A DNA stretch of 64,000 nt from positions 51,088,001 to 51,152,000 of the forward strand of contig OX597821.1 of assembly GCA_951406725.2 (NCBI GenBank), read 5' to 3'. This document shows positions 13,998 through 31,557 of this stretch, piece by piece. This DNA is from Octopus vulgaris (lineage: Eukaryota). The notes under the pieces are model-generated. The model had not been told where the DNA came from. It made no database searches and was given only the letters and a program-made list of their open reading frames with translations. Both the position numbers and the translations under genes were made by a program. Position 1 is the stretch's first letter; each line of letters starts with the position of its first letter.

Positions 13998-14532
13998 GTA
14001 TATACATATATGTATGTGTGCGCGTGTGTGTATACATACATATACAAACATACATATATATATATATATATATTTACACGAGGTGTGCACATATTTGTGT
14101 GTATAAAGATGTCAGAGTTAGAAACGTGATTTAATTAGTCCTGAATGAGTAAGCTGAGAGTTCAAGATTAACGGAGGAAATTAGCGTTAATATATGTAAA
14201 CTTGATGTGACTGACATGCAGGTCACCCACGATAGAGCAGACCTACGAGAAAAAATGTCAAAACTGTAACTATCCTACTTTAATTTATCATAAAGTGCAC
14301 ATAGGACTAATTTATCTAAAGTGCATTGTTGTTTTAGTTCTTTAACTCCAGTTCAGCGCAGATCGACCATACCAATATTTTGTAGTCATAATTTAATCTT
14401 TTAGCTTGGGGTCGTAATGTTTGATTTGAGCGAAATTGAGTTGCTATTTCCAGCAGATCAGGAGAGTTTTTTTGCTTCATTACATCAAATATATTATCCT
14501 TATTATGTCTGTTTATATTCTATATTTTACAG

Positions 14533-14573
<41 letters not shown>

Positions 14574-16050
14574 CTCTCTCTCTCTCACCCTCTCTCTTTC
14601 TCTCTTTCCCCCAAACGTTCACCCGACATGCTATCTCTGCCTCTCCTTCACTAATCAAAATTTATTCTTCTGATGCCGCTACGATAAAATAATTGTATTG
14701 TGGAAGCATTTCCCATTAATGTATTACGCTCTTGTAATAGGGTGTGAACATCTGAGTTGATAGAGCACATACTGTCGAGTGCCTAAAGGCACGTTGTAAT
14801 GTGACACACGCAGTATGTTGTGTTTTCGTATTTCGTAGCTGACACGCCAGGTAGAGTTTTAAGTTTCATCTGTTTGTCACTAGTAGAACTGAATTTATTG
14901 AAACACTGGATATAGTAATAATTTTGATTTTTTAAATATTTATTTGTTTTTTACATTTCAATTATTATAAAATGCTGAACACCTGTGATGAAACCTGTAA
15001 AAATTATCACCCTTAAATTATTTCTCTTATTTCCTTGATCACATCATGTGTCACTCTCATCCTTTAGCGTAAAGGGGGCTTTTATTAATTTTCCAATTTT
15101 TATCATCTCTCCGTTTTGGTGCATTTACACAGTACGCCAGAAGTGGATAGATTCAGTGGTTATCCGTCTATCAAAATTTCTTATTTTAACTCAACTAAAA
15201 CAGCCACAAGCTCAATATTGATGTAGATAAAAAACCGAATGTATCCTCAATTCTGATCTCATCTTAGAGTATCCTTACACTTTTCATAAGCCAAAATACC
15301 ACAAAATGATGAACGACAGCTACCGCATGTAACCAAAAGCTAATGACAAACCCGAAGGCACAATTATCAGAACTTGCCATACACTCCTTTGTGAAATGGT
15401 ATATCAGTTAATGAAATTGCCTAATAAATGTAAGCTTTCTGAAAAGGTAAGCTTACATCTATTCTAGTAATGTATATTTCCAGGTTATGCTGTAACAATG
15501 TTTTATAGACATTGCCAAATGAATAAAACTTCATTTCCAATGTATTAACAGCTGAGAAGATCTTGGCAAGATTTTGAATCATAATTGTGTTATATATTTA
15601 GTGTAAAAATAGATACACAGCTGTGAAGCTAGAGTTTCTGTTTAAGAGCCATTATAAATACAGTTGTTGTATACATTGGAACGTGGATTTGGTTTCGATA
15701 GCACAAGCTAGGTCTTGGATGATTTAGGCGGAGTACACATTTGCATGCAACGAAACAAACCACTAGGCCTAAGTTAATTCTATCAAAGTGCAATAGTCAT
15801 TGCATCTGAAAAATTACCATTGGATTTAATTGAAAGAAAACCGGAAGTAGGAGGATATGTTCCTGTCAGGAAGTGAGATACACAATAAGACATTTTCCTC
15901 ACGCTGAATAATATCATGGCACTTCACTGCTTATGATATGGGTGATATCTTCGGTGTTGTATGTATGTACGTACGTATGTATTTATGTATGTTTGTATGT
16001 ATGTATGTATGTATGTATGTATGTATGTATGTATGTATGCGTGTGTGTAA

Positions 16051-16081
<31 letters not shown>

Positions 16082-16083
16082 TG

Positions 16084-16164
<81 letters not shown>

Positions 16165-16187
16165 TAAGCAATTAAGGGTTTAGCAAC

Positions 16188-16235
<48 letters not shown>

Positions 16236-16982
16236 TCATGAATGTATATGTGCCTGTGGAGTTGTGTATATATGTATATATATAGATAGGTTTAGGTGTG
16301 TATATATGAAAAAATGTATATTTAGACATATGTAATAAATATTACTATATACATATATATTACGTGATATATATCGTGTGTGTTTATATATATATATGTG
16401 TCTATTTATATATGTATGTATGTGAATATATGTAATGCACACACATACACATACATATATCTCTGTGCCTCTCTCTCTATATATATTGCAATGCATATAT
16501 GGATGTGGGAATAGGCATCAGTGCGTGTGTGTGCGCGTGTGCCTATGTATGTGTGTGTGTGTGCATTGTAAGTGTATATGTGTGCGTGTTTGTGTATGTG
16601 TGCGTATTTATGTGTGCATGTGTATGTGTGTGGTGCGTGTATGTGTGTGTGTGTCTGTGAGTGTGCCAAGCCCCGCCAAATGAATGGGGTTATCTCAAGT
16701 AGCAACTTAAGACATTCAGTTGGAAACTGGATGCTGTATCTCCGCCGCACTAAGTTATAAATATATAAATGTAAATACTTAATAGGAATCAAGTGTCTTC
16801 CTAAAGACGCCCTCTTTGATATATCCACTAGAAACTATTTCCTCTTTTGTTGCCTTAACTGTTCTAGTTTTCATTCAATCTTAAAATATTTTAATACTCT
16901 ACCACTTTTCAGACCAACGCTTATATTTAACAACTAGGCACGTTCAAGTTTAATCATGTAACACAACTCTATCTCCTTACGT

Positions 16983-17400
<418 letters not shown>

Positions 17401-17571
17401 TGTACCTATCTACTTGACTGTCTGTCTTTCTCTCTATCAGTCTTTAAGTACATAAGAATTTATTTTAGATAATACAGCGAAGGGCTATAATATAGTAAAG
17501 TTAATATAGCAGTAGTAGCAGCAGCAACGGCAGCACTGGTAGTAGTAGTAGTAGTAGTAATAGTAGTAGTA

Positions 17572-17612
<41 letters not shown>

Positions 17613-17942
17613 CAACTACTACTATTACTGCTGTTAAGGAATCTAAGCTGAAGTTAAGGAATTTTAACAAATATTGACATAGATAATTGATCAACGGACT
17701 GGGAGCTGGGTTGCAGGTGAAGAAAATATACTAATTAAAAAAGAAAGATAGGAATATCCAAAACTCTTGCAAAAGAAGAAAATATAAATAGAAATAATGA
17801 GTTGAGTCTTATTGCCTAACTTCATTAACTTCAAATTAGATTTTCACATAAAACAAATATATTGCTATTGCTGTGGCTACTGCTGCTACCATAATTCTAC
17901 CATTACTACTGCTGCTGCTGTTGCTGCTGCTGCTGCAACTAT

Positions 17943-18001
<59 letters not shown>

Positions 18002-18060
18002 ATAATAATAATAATAATAATACTGCTGCTACTGCTGCTGCTGCATAGCATCTCGAACCT

Positions 18061-18450
18061 TGTGGTAAGTAGCTTGTTTACCAACAACATGGTTCCGGGT
18101 TCAGTCCCATTGCGTGGCACCTTGGGTAAGTGTGTTCTACTATAGCCTCGGGCCGACCAAAGCCTTGTGAGTGGATTTGGTAGACGGAAACTGAAAGAAG
18201 CCCGACGTATGTATATATTTATATATATGTGTGTGTGTATATGTTTGTGTGTCAGTGTTTGTTCCCCCAACAACACTTGACAACCGATGCTGGTGTGTTT
18301 ACGTCACCGTAATATACCGGTTCGGCTAAAGAGACCGATAAAATAAGTACTAGGTTTACAAAGAATAAGTCCTGGGAGGGATTTGCTCGACTGAAGGCAA
18401 TGCTCCAGCATGGCCACAGTCAAATGACTGAAACAAGTAAAAGAGTAAAA
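18061..18450 (+). mobile_element. SINE family 2 (composite, with internal microsatellite)
   Basis: gtggtaagtagcttg...ggttcagtcccattgcgtggcaccttgggtaagtg...ggatttggtagacggaaactgaaagaagccc...gtcaaatgactgaaacaagtaaaagag. Homologues at 28305, 35297 and 39615. Confidence 0.9.
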
Positions 18451-18670
18451 AAAAAAAAGGTAAAATTAATACAGAACTTACAAAATTACAGAAGGACCGA
18501 GAGTTACGTGTAATTGTAGTTATCGAACTTATCAAGTAGTTTGCCAAGGGCCAAATCACGAAAGTCCCTTTTCACGAGTCATGAAAACATATATACTCAT
18601 GTTCTGAGTACTGTTTTCGGGTTTGCATCACTAAATCTATACACACACGCGCGTGAACGCACACACACAA

Positions 18671-18731
<61 letters not shown>

Positions 18732-18983
18732 ATTCGATATGTGTATCTGCGAGCATGCTCAAATAAAAGTATGCAATGATATGGAAGACTTTCTTGTTAA
18801 GCAGTTAATAAAATAACTGCATATGTGAATGTTTGCTTTCCCCGGCAGATCGTCATGTATGCAGTGTCCACGCGCATACACATACAACATAGTTTCAATC
18901 ACGTAAGCAAGAAATTTCAAGAAATTGTAATACTATACCTTCCAATTATACAAGTGTGTGTGTGTGTCTATACATATATATGC

Positions 18984-19028
<45 letters not shown>

Positions 19029-19261
19029 TTAACGTATCCATATATATACATACACATATACACACTCGATATATTCATATACATAGAATAACATATATAA
19101 ATTAAAGGATGGCTTTATACATGTAGAACCATACAGGCACATGCACTGTGTCTATGCGTATAAAAATACATATACACACTTAATGTATGTATGTATGTAT
19201 ATATATTGTATGCATATCAATGCATTTATATAGTAAATTATAATGTATATAAATATATTGA

Positions 19262-19339
<78 letters not shown>

Positions 19340-19341
<2 letters not shown>

Positions 19342-20470
19342 AGGTGGCTCTTGAGTGCTACTGGTAACATGCAACCCAGTACAACCTGTTGCATGGTCGG
19401 GTCAACGGCGACTAAACGGGCAACCCCACTAAACTTGCTTGGTGAGGAGGATGTTTGTTGGACACCCCGAGGGATGAAACGTAAAACCCGTCAAAGGGTG
19501 GATGAACTCACGAACAATCAACGGCCATCCAACAAATGATCTTGGACAAGATCTGAAACTGAATCCGATGACAATGGGCTTTGCCTTGAATTAAGTGGAG
19601 CTACCTCTTAATTTGTCATTACTCTCTGGTCCGTCCTGGTCCGGAGCAGTAGTACCTGTTCGGTCTAAGTGAAAAACAACTCCGAACATAAAACTATTCA
19701 GGATAGTATGTCCTTTAACTAGAAAGCGACATATTTCCTAGGTAATGATAACACCAATCTAAAATCTGTGTGACTTCAACACGTCGGCGCTTCCCTTGAT
19801 TCGGGGTCTGTGGCATGATGTTGCAGCGTCAGTCATTTTGGTTTACTCCATGCCAATGGATAACTCCATGCTGTGCCAAGTTAGTGGGCCACGGATTGTG
19901 CAGCCGTTTACCCACTGTAAACCTCCTAGCGCAATTGTTTCCTACATCGTCTACAATTATGTTTCGGAGTCTTGTAGCGATGATGTAACAATTGCCAACC
20001 ACCAACACAGATGGGCTGGGCGTGTGGTTCGTATGCCATCAAATTGATTGCCCCATCTTGATATGTACGGCAAATTTGAAGATGTACGGCGCTCTGTCGG
20101 TGGCCAGCACACGAGCTGTACAGATCACCAGAACCTGTACATATCACTCTCGACATTCTCGAATCAATGGTTCTAGATCGCACTAGCTGCCGCGACATAT
20201 ACAAACCTGGCACTACCAAAGTCCAAGAAGAGCTACTGCAGAGCGAACTGCAGGGTGAAGTAGCACGCCGTGCTCGGCTGCACGTTCAGAACCCTGTAAA
20301 TCACCAGCAACAAGGCGTTACATACTGCAGCTGTGGGCGTATCCGTCTGTCCGGAATCTGATTTCATAGTCATCACATGTCGCATAACTACAAATGACGT
20401 TATATAAAAGTACTCATCACTCTGCGATGCTCCCGAGATAATTATCATGATGATGATGATGATGATGTAT
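19340..20470 (+). mobile_element. RTE-clade LINE remnants. The 3' end is clear at about 19980-20470; the upstream GC-richer segment is probably retroelement UTR
   Basis: HQHRWAGRVVRMPSN*LPHLDMYGKF (RTE pattern QLRWAGHVxRM..RLPK...YGEL) and C-terminal [16 protein letters not shown] zinc-finger-like motif, followed by an (ATG)n tail. Confidence 0.7.
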
Positions 20471-20502
20471 GTATATATATGTATATATATGTATATATAT
20501 AC

Positions 20503-20533
<31 letters not shown>

Positions 20534-20596
20534 CATATATATATATACACATATATATATATACACATATATATATATACATATATATATATACAC

Positions 20597-20630
<34 letters not shown>

Positions 20631-20631
20631 G

Positions 20632-20703
<72 letters not shown>

Positions 20704-20845
20704 TATATATATAAATATGTACATATATATGTGTGTGTGAACACATGTATATGTATATATATATACATACGCATATATATATGTGTATATACATATATAT
20801 ATATATATACATATGCATATATATGTATGCATATATATATATGTG

Positions 20846-20896
<51 letters not shown>

Positions 20897-21060
20897 ACAT
20901 ACATGCATGTGTATATCTGTGTATGAATATCTATATATGTATGTATATACATATATGTATGTATATATATAATATATGTCTGTATATATATAATAGATAT
21001 ATCTTTGTGTACATATATAATATATATGTATATATATATAATGTATATATATTCATATGT
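20466..21060. repeat. Long degenerate (TA)n/(CA)n microsatellite
   Basis: Direct reading; source of many spurious YIYI ORFs. Confidence 0.95.
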
Positions 21061-21664
21061 GTGACTATGTCTATCTGTCTGTCTGTCTATCTATCTATCT
21101 ATGTATATAGAGGCACACACAAGGGCATGTACGCATGCAATTTCTGAGTAGTGTGTTAGAAGCCAATTAACGCTAGCCGGAGAATCTTCTATTTATAGAT
21201 TAAGTTAATAAAAACACCAGGCCACATTTAATGAATGACTTTCCTCTTCATTGTTGACACGTGCATACGCAGCCACATGCAGTCACATGCAGCCATATGT
21301 AGCCACATGCAATCACATGTAGACACATTCCGATATATCGTTCCCTATGCAGGGTAAGTGTATGTTTTTCTTTTCTTTGAGAGGAATATTTGAGCGTATT
21401 GCGAGACTTACGTCTTTTAAATGCCTTCCTAGATCCCTTTCATGAACAGTAGCACATATGCACTCATAAAATACCACACACGTACAAACACACACACATA
21501 CACTCAAACACACACACTTACACACAATCATCTATATACATATAGGTGTGAATATGGTTAACCGTAAGAGCACCCAGTTATAATCCGGGTTCACGTTAAC
21601 AACCACGAGTTATACGGAGGATTGTTTATAATGTGCAATCCCAATTTACAGTGTGCGCCTAATT

Positions 21665-21866
21665 CTTTTCTACTTTAGGCACAAGGCCCAAAATTTTTGG
21701 ACATGGAGTCAGTCGATCAGATCGACCGCAGTACGCAGCTGGTACTTAAATTATCGACCTCGAAAGGATGAAAGGCAAAGTCGACCTCGGCGGAATTTGA
21801 ACTCAGAACATAAAGACAGACGAAATCCGTTAAGCATTTCGCCCGGCATGCGAACGCTTCTGCCTT
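21665..21866 (-). mobile_element. SINE family 1
   Basis: gaaaggatgaaaggcaaagtcgacctcggcggaatttgaactcagaac is the reverse complement of the family-1 core. Confidence 0.88.
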
Positions 21867-22309
21867 ATATATGTATATAAATATTTGAAAACATGAGATG
21901 GTTTTTTGGTGGGGGTGGAGTGTAATTGTAATCTTAATCTTAATAATGTTTACAGTGATATGAGTTTCGAGTACGCATCAATGTGCGGCAGTTTTCTCAT
22001 TTAATACGATTGTTCTTCATTACATTAATTCACTACTGTTCTATTTCTGATAATATAGACTTTATTCTGTAGCAGGGTACCTAGCCATCGCATTGGGGTT
22101 CGTTTTCTACTGAGCCCCACAAAAATAATGCATTTTAAAATTAATTTGTCTTTTATCAAATTTATCAAATAACTATAATGCATGAAATAATCAAACTATA
22201 CATTATTCACATTTTTGACTTTGTTTTGATACCCATTCTATGGAAACATTGTCCTCCATGAAAGATTTCTGTGGTGTTTCTCATCGTCTCAGCGCTCGAT
22301 GACATAATT

Positions 22310-22590
22310 ACCAGTTAAATTCTGGGGTTGATGTAATCGATCAGCTGCATTCCACCAATTTGCTAGCCTTCTGCCAAAATTTGAAATCAGTATTATCTAC
22401 ATCACTAACACGGCTTAGTGGCATTTCCTTTGACATTACGTTCTGAGTGCAAATGCCGCCGGGGTCGAATCTGCGTTTAATTCTTTCAGGGTCGATAAAA
22501 TAAGTACCAGTTGAGCATTGGGGGTTGATGTAATCGACTAGTGCCCTCAGCCAAAATTGCTGGCTTTGTGCTCAAAATTTGTAACCAATA
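22310..22590 (+). mobile_element. SINE family 1 (two partial copies)
   Basis: ttctgagtgcaaatgccgccggggtcga...ggtcgataaaataagtaccagttgagcattgggg. Confidence 0.8.
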
Positions 22591-23214
22591 TTATATATAT
22601 TATATGTAAATTATGATCCATGTTGTAAATGTTCCACATTATATGTATTGATTGATTTGTAAAGGAAAACAATATTTAGAAAGGAGTGAATTTGAGCCTC
22701 AAGCTTATTGCTATAGTGTTTACTTGATTGTCTGCTGTCTGCCTGCCTGCCTGTCTGTCTTTCTGTCTGCCTGTACATAAATATATATGAATAATTGCTT
22801 CGCAGAATTTAGGTAATTTCTATTGAAAAACCATATCATTGAAATGAGAAAAAACTTTTAAGTCAAATTATTTGTATGCTCGGGACTAACCCAGCAGCTA
22901 CTAGAGTTCATATTAATTGAAACTCATAATGATATGCAAGGAATTTTTGGAAAATAAATTTGAAAGAATAGCCCATGTTATAGTTGTGTATAATAGAGGC
23001 ACAGAATCGAATTATTTTAAGGAATTAAAAATAGTAATGTGGGTCACGGTGATAATAATGTAGAATTCCCCCCCCCCCCGTTAAAAAGTATGAAGTCCTT
23101 AGAAATAATTATATAACTTTTCGCTTCTGTGTGAACGTTACGGGTGTGCTTTTCTTCAAGAATACACGCTCACACAAACTCAGGCACGGGTGTATTACTA
23201 AAAAATAATCCTTC

Positions 23215-23396
23215 CTATCAAAGGTTTAAGGCCTTTGAAAATTGTTGGGATCAGTCGATCATATCGACCCTAGTGTTTTAATAAAATGAAAAGGCAAGTC
23301 GACCTCAGTGGAATTTGAACTCGGAACGCAGTGACGGGCGAAATACCGTTAAGCCTTTCATCCAGCGTGCTAACGACTCTGCCAGTTCGCTACCTT
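23215..23396 (-). mobile_element. SINE family 1
   Basis: aaggcaagtcgacctcagtggaatttgaactcggaac...gcgtgctaacgactctgccagttcgc. Confidence 0.85.
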
Positions 23397-23888
23397 AATG
23401 CAAACAAATAATACTAACGAGGTGCATACGTATAAATGAGACAAAAATACATCACAAAATCATGCCCATAAATATAAGATTTAGGAATATATACACGGAC
23501 AGAAGAAATAAAAATTATAGGTATTTGCTATTTTTCTCTTTGTAATTATAAAATAAGAACGTATTTTACATGGGCGAAGATGTTTTGGTAATTTTGCCAG
23601 CAGTCACAAGCATAACCACACTTGATTTCTTGCTTTTCCTTTTTATTTTCTAATTTACAACTAATTTACTTCCGAAGCGGATGAGAGGAACTGGAATGGT
23701 TCTAAGACAGCTTCCGTTATGTAACAACATGTCATATTACACAACACTATGACGGTAATACGACTCTGTTTGATTTCATGTAAGCAACTGTACACATATA
23801 CACAGATTAGCACACATCCCCCTACACACATACATATAAACATACATAATGTATATGTATATATATAAATATACACATATATACAAAC

Positions 23889-23923
<35 letters not shown>

Positions 23924-23967
23924 TAGACAGACATATATATGTACATATAAACATATATATATATGTA

Positions 23968-24007
<40 letters not shown>

Positions 24008-24014
24008 TTCATAT

Positions 24015-24900
24015 ACAGGCATACCTCAGTTTAAGCTGTTTCGACTCAAGTCGTTCTCGATTGTACGTCGGTTTTCAAGAATAATGTATGGAAAAATAAA
24101 AATCGAGTTAAGTCATTTTACTCGACTTTACGTCTGTCCGCCACAAATATTGGAATCGTAAAATCACTAAAAATCCGTAAAAGCATATAAAATCATGTTA
24201 CTGTACATTAACTAAGAATAAAAGCATATAAAATCATATTAAAACACATACAGTAAATGTTAAGACACACACCATAAAGTCATGTAGCTTAGTGAACGAA
24301 GTCATGAAATCATCTATCTTGTCGTATTTATCGGCCTTTCCGAGCTCATATTGCACTGTAGTTCCAATATCTATCGTTAGGCGTCGTTGTCACACGTGAT
24401 TCACGCGATTGTTTTGAATTCAGATTTGTTTACGTCTGTTTATCTTTCTCATTCTCATTCATTTGTGACTTTATTTTTTGTCCCCATTGCTCCTTAGAAA
24501 ATTCATAGTGAAAGTGCTAAGCGTCATGCTATAAACTGGCTATCACAAAACGCCAAGTAAATTGTGAAAAAGTGTTAGTAATTGTACGATATTTTGGGAT
24601 GAGTCGAAAAACTATATCAAAGATTGTACACAATAAGGAGTAGATTTGATTACATCTGAAGCCCCATGGATGAAGAACACTGTCATCAATAAGAAAAGAG
24701 GCAAAATCTTTGAAGAAAATGGAAATTCTTCTTTCTCTGTGGATTGTTAGGTTGAATCGTCTGCGTGCTACTATTAGTAAGGAAATCATTCAAGAGAAAG
24801 CGTCGTCTTTGTTTGAGGACTTGAAGAAAGAATACCCAGATCAGAAAGATGTAGAGTTCAAGGCAAGTCAAGGATGGCTCATGAGATTTAGATAATGGAG
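24015..24900 (+). mobile_element. Tigger-like transposon, 5' portion
   Basis: TA followed by CAGGCATACCTC (Tigger-type TIR start). ORF 24710-24895 MEILLSLWI...IIQEKASSLFEDLK...FKASQGWLMRFR is a CENP-B-type HTH. Confidence 0.85.
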
Positions 24901-25224
24901 TTTTTCTAGGAGAACAATTATTTTATTTATCTCTAAAATAAATATCGTTTAACTCTATTTGCTTATTTATTTAACTATTATCATTAACCTGAAGATTGAC
25001 TATAATTTTAATTCGAATTTATTTCAATTGAATTTAAACTCATTGTAATTCGAATTTAATTGTAGCCATGAAACGTACGTAATGTTTTTACTTATTATAT
25101 TATATTTATCATTCATTTTAAACTTTTTGAAAAAAAATTATTATAATTATATATATTATTTGTTATTTATGTATTGGTTTATGTCTATCACTGCTTGAGT
25201 TGCATAATAGTGGTTTTATCTCTA

Positions 25225-25262
<38 letters not shown>

Positions 25263-25519
25263 TGCATAATTATAAGGGTAAAAAATTAAAATAGTTTATC
25301 AACAGTGGCTCGCATGTTTAATAAAAGTCATAAAATAAAATATTTTATATAACATTGTATAAAGACTTATATATAGAGAGAAGACCCTTGATGTGACTTA
25401 TTACATGCTAAAAAGGGCAGTAATACGTACTGAAAACACAAGGTAAATACATGCGCAAGACAGCTTGAGTTTCAATTGCACAAGATCCCCTTGGGTGTGT
25501 CAAAGAACGATGAAAACTT

Positions 25520-25782
25520 TTTGAAAAGCTTGCCTAGGCCTCTGAGCAGGTTTCGCCGAGCTGTTAGCAAAATTTGATGCAGGCTCTTTGCTTAACTTTC
25601 TCTGTTATGGTCAATGTGATGAACACATTCCTTCCTTCCAAGCACTGCTGTAAGCAGTGGAAGTGAACTAGAACGCTAAAACTTATTGCACATGCACTGC
25701 AGAGTTCAAGGTCAACCTGTGCCAAGCGGCTTTACTCTTCGTGCTCTAGCCTCGCTACTACAATAACAGTCTGGATACTTAT
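25520..25782 (-). mobile_element. mariner transposon 5' remnant
   Basis: Minus strand reads TEKVKQRACIKFC*QLGETCSEA, resembling the mariner transposase N-terminus (QRxxIKFC..LG), downstream of a TIR-like ataagtatccagactg. Confidence 0.65.
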
Positions 25783-25808
25783 TGATCAGATATTATATAC
25801 ATAAATAC

Positions 25809-25901
<93 letters not shown>

Positions 25902-25916
25902 TGTATATATATATAC

Positions 25917-25989
<73 letters not shown>

Positions 25990-26136
25990 TGTATATATAT
26001 ATATATATATATATGAGTACATATATACAAATATATATGCATGTATATATATATATATACACACACATATACTCACTTGTGTCTATATGTGTCTTCTATA
26101 TCTTTGTGATTATGTATCTGTCGCTCCCTTATACGC

Positions 26137-26189
<53 letters not shown>

Positions 26190-28304
26190 TATACATATAT
26201 ACATGTATTCATCATGTTGAACTGTTCTTCCCTAAAGAAATTACTTTTTCTCCGCTTTCTTTTTTCGTTAACACTTTCTCTCGAAGAGCGTATGTTCGAA
26301 ACATAAAACACCTTCCCATTTTTCCTTAGCGTTAAACTAATAAACATGATTGTTGTTCCTACACATGACTTCATCTATTTTTCTGTAATTTTGAATAATA
26401 TATATATTCACATGAAAGCCCAGTACTTTACTGTTTTATCACATGTGTCGTCAGGCAATTAAAGGAATTTTCTGTGTTTTAACTTATCTATTGTAGGTTA
26501 CATTTTATTAAATTTTCCTTATGAACTCTACAGGTGTGTTAGAATGTTGAGATAATAATTATTATCATTTGTCAGTATGGCTTTGGCTTTGTTTCTTTGT
26601 TTAAATACATGTTTGTATGCTCTATAATTTTATTTTAAATAATAATGTTGATTTGTGTGGAAAAAACTTCCGAAACAAAACATACATATATCTTTGTAAG
26701 TATGTATGTTTGTATGCATGCGTGTTTGTACATGCATATGTGAATATATATTAAGAATTTGTCAAAGTGATCTGGGGGAATTGTACTTAAATTGGTGTCA
26801 TTCTAAATCTATATTATTTCAATGGGTTTATTTAGTTGTCGAATTATATCTGGGTTCTTTTGGGAAAATGCTTCCACACATCCATGCATCAGAAAATATC
26901 ACGGTTTGTTAGGTTGTTGATGTGTTGTTTTCTGTTTTCTACGTAGATTTCCTCAAATATGCATAAAATTCATGATTGTTTTGAGAGTTGTCTGAGTATA
27001 AACTGTGTTATTTGATAGAGAAAGTTATTATGTTCTTTAATAATAATTGTGAATGGCGGGGCTAGTTCTCAACATTTTGAATGCCTACATAGGCTGGTGG
27101 GAACTAAATTTAAATGTATTTGCATTTAATCTGATGTTTTCTTTACTCTTGCGAGAAATGTTAGATATAATGTATGGCTGAGATTTTCTCGAAACTACTT
27201 CCGATCCCGTAAGTTTGCTAAATGACAACTGTAGTTTGGAAATCTTTTGTTTTTGGTTATTTCGTAATTCTTGCTTTAAAATTTATGATGGCTGATATGC
27301 ATTAAAGAAGGTATTCTGTTGAATTGATTGAAGCCGTCTTGGAATATTTTCGAGACGGAAATGCAATCTCAGAATTATCCACGGACTGTCAGTACCAAAT
27401 TTCCGATTTGGTAGTGAGGTTCCATGAATAATTTAAAATATCAATACTTCGACTGGAAAAAATCTTTTAATTGGCACGATAGAGTTGTCGTTTTGACAGT
27501 ATTTGTATATTCTCCCCACCCGTTTTACTTAACGTGTCAACTTCTTTACTTCGATATGGTATTTCTTTGCAATGCACAGTTGGCATTATCTACTTCAATT
27601 TCTGTAAAATGTTTAGGTACTTGATGATTGAACAAGTCATAGCCAGGCATCCAATAGTTCAGCTCATCGCTGTATCAAGTTTCATATACATAAGCATCGG
27701 GATAATATTAGGACATACTAGCGCAATATCTTAATATTTCCATAGTACTCACTTGATATATACTTTCGTTCCATATATAATTTCTTTCGATAAAGATTAT
27801 TCATTAAGGGGACATTCTATAGTCTCCTGAGTTACATTCAGTTTCTAAAAATTTGAACTGGTCCTTGTTACTGGATACTCTGAGTATACTAATGTGATTT
27901 GTGAGTCTATAACTGATCCATATACAATTTTTATTGAGCGATTTATAGTTCTTATAACTAGCCAAAAACAAAATGTTAGTCATATATGAGCACAAAAAAT
28001 GTATGGTGATGTAGTCACTACATAAATGTGCTATCCATGATGACCCTGGTATTTGTCAATTTACATTTAATCTAAATAGGATTACGTATCAATCGAGTCA
28101 ATGTTTCATTTAATCAGAATTTTCATGTTTTGTATACAATAGTGGGTTAAGAAGTGACTAAGAATAATAGTTTAAATTACGTTAAGTACTGACGTACCTT
28201 AGACGTGAATCGAGTGAAATAATATAGATCTTCTGCAATACATTCTTAAACGATGGCATCTTATCCACTAATACCAGAGATATTAGTAGATATTTATTTA
28301 TACT

Positions 28305-28665
28305 CTCTCTCTTTACTCTTTTACTTGTTTCAGTCATTTGACTGCGGCCATGCTGGAGCACCGCCTTTAGTCGAGCAAATCGACCCCGGGACTTATTCTT
28401 TGTAAGCCCAGTACTTATTCTATCGGTCTCTTTTGCCGAACCGCTAAGTAACGGGGACGTAAACACACCAGCATCGGTTGTCAAGCAACGCTAGGGGGAC
28501 AAACACAGACACACAAACACACACATATATATATATATACATATATACGACAGGCTTCTTTCAGTTTCCGTCTACCAAATCCACTCACAAGGCATTGGTC
28601 GGCCCGGGGCTATAGCAGAAGACATTTGCCCAAGATGCCACGCAGTGGGACTGAACCCGCAACCT
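28305..28665 (-). mobile_element. SINE family 2 (well-preserved copy)
   Basis: Reverse complement of the 18061 element: cttgtttcagtcatttgactgcggccatgctggagcacc...tcagtttccgtctaccaaatccactcacaagg. Confidence 0.9.
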
Positions 28666-29032
28666 TGTATTTGAAATGCTATTTGAATGTCTATGCTGTA
28701 CATAAACTACTAGTTTACAAAAGAACGAATTAGGAGACGAATACTTGAGCATTCCGAGCTTTAAGAAGCTAAAAGTTTGGACAAGTGGTCTACTTGCAAG
28801 TGAATGGACACATGCGTAGATTGGATAAGGTAAATAAACAGCTTAAAATACGAAGGAATTCAGTCTATAGGCTTCAATGTGTGTTTGAATTGACAAGCAG
28901 AAGAATGTGATTGAGCATCTATGGAGCTATTTCAGTGAATGGGAAATAAAGGAAATGAAAGATAAGCAACATAAACAAACAAAATCATAATTCGTTATGT
29001 ATTCATATCATGTTTATGTAGTCCTTTAGTTG

Positions 29033-29081
<49 letters not shown>

Positions 29082-29284
29082 CACCGTGATCACCGTGACC
29101 GACCAGGCTATCAGACACACACACACGCATATATATGTGTATGTGCGTGTGAACGCACTCGCAATTATAAACAAGTACCTGGTCACAAACAAGCGCCCAC
29201 TCAAATTTTTATCTGCATGCACTGAACGCTCCGACATTTTATAGAATAGCAACAGCATGTTTTTATATATATATATATATATCT

Positions 29285-30640
<1,356 letters not shown>

Positions 30641-31557
30641 TTTTGTTCTTCATGTCTTTCTGTCGTAAACTTTGTTTCTAGATAGTCTCTTTTCGGTTTT
30701 TGTGCATCATATTTTACATTATGTATACACGTCAGTCTTTATCATTATATTTCTCATCAATATCTCATTAATTCTATGCATTGTATATGTTTCATGTCTT
30801 TTATAGTTAACTCTTAATATACTTGCAAACAGAATTATAAAAGAAAATTTATGACTAGATACATCGACAAAAAATGAAAACAAACGTTGATTTCATATAT
30901 GAACACTGTAATTCACACCGACACGTGACACGCATACACGTGATGCGTACATTCTCAGTGTTAATGGTTATTAGTATCTCATAAATAGAAATAAATATTT
31001 GTACAAACGTGGTGTTAATTTTGACTATGAAGAAACAAGTTGTAATATATATACGGACATACATTTATACATATACATAATATAAAAACATGCATTAATA
31101 TATGTATATATATATATGAAGATTAGAGGCTTCGAATGACCTGTCTGTGTTTTTTGCATCGTCTATTTGAATGTTTTGCGTTCTTGTCCCATTTTGTATT
31201 TATATATATATATATTCTGTTGTTTCTATGAAGATTGATGATTGGCATTTACTGGTATTTAATCAATGAGTACTGAGTCGAAAGAACATGCGAACTATAT
31301 ATTAATTAAGTTATAATCTAAGCAGTTTATTATAAGTTGTGAAGATACCGGTACAGTTATATATAAGCTAAATATGAATTTCTAGGAGTACAAAAATTAG
31401 GTTTATTTCATAAAGGCTATTATAAAATAATGAAATGATCAGGTAGGTTAGACCACCATAGAAAATGAATAAAATAGCTTAACCACTAAAGCCATGATGA
31501 AGTATATATATCTTATTAACATTAATAGAAAATATTAATTGAAAGTATAATAATTCA

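Noticed and set aside
20233-21147. Long ORFs of 150-240 aa here, at 25779-26329 and many similar ones
   Set aside because: Translations of (TA)n/(CA)n/(TATG)n repeats, which lack stop codons by construction.
26400-28200. Possible additional retroelement or gene remnant
   Set aside because: Complex sequence, but I found no recognisable motif in any frame.
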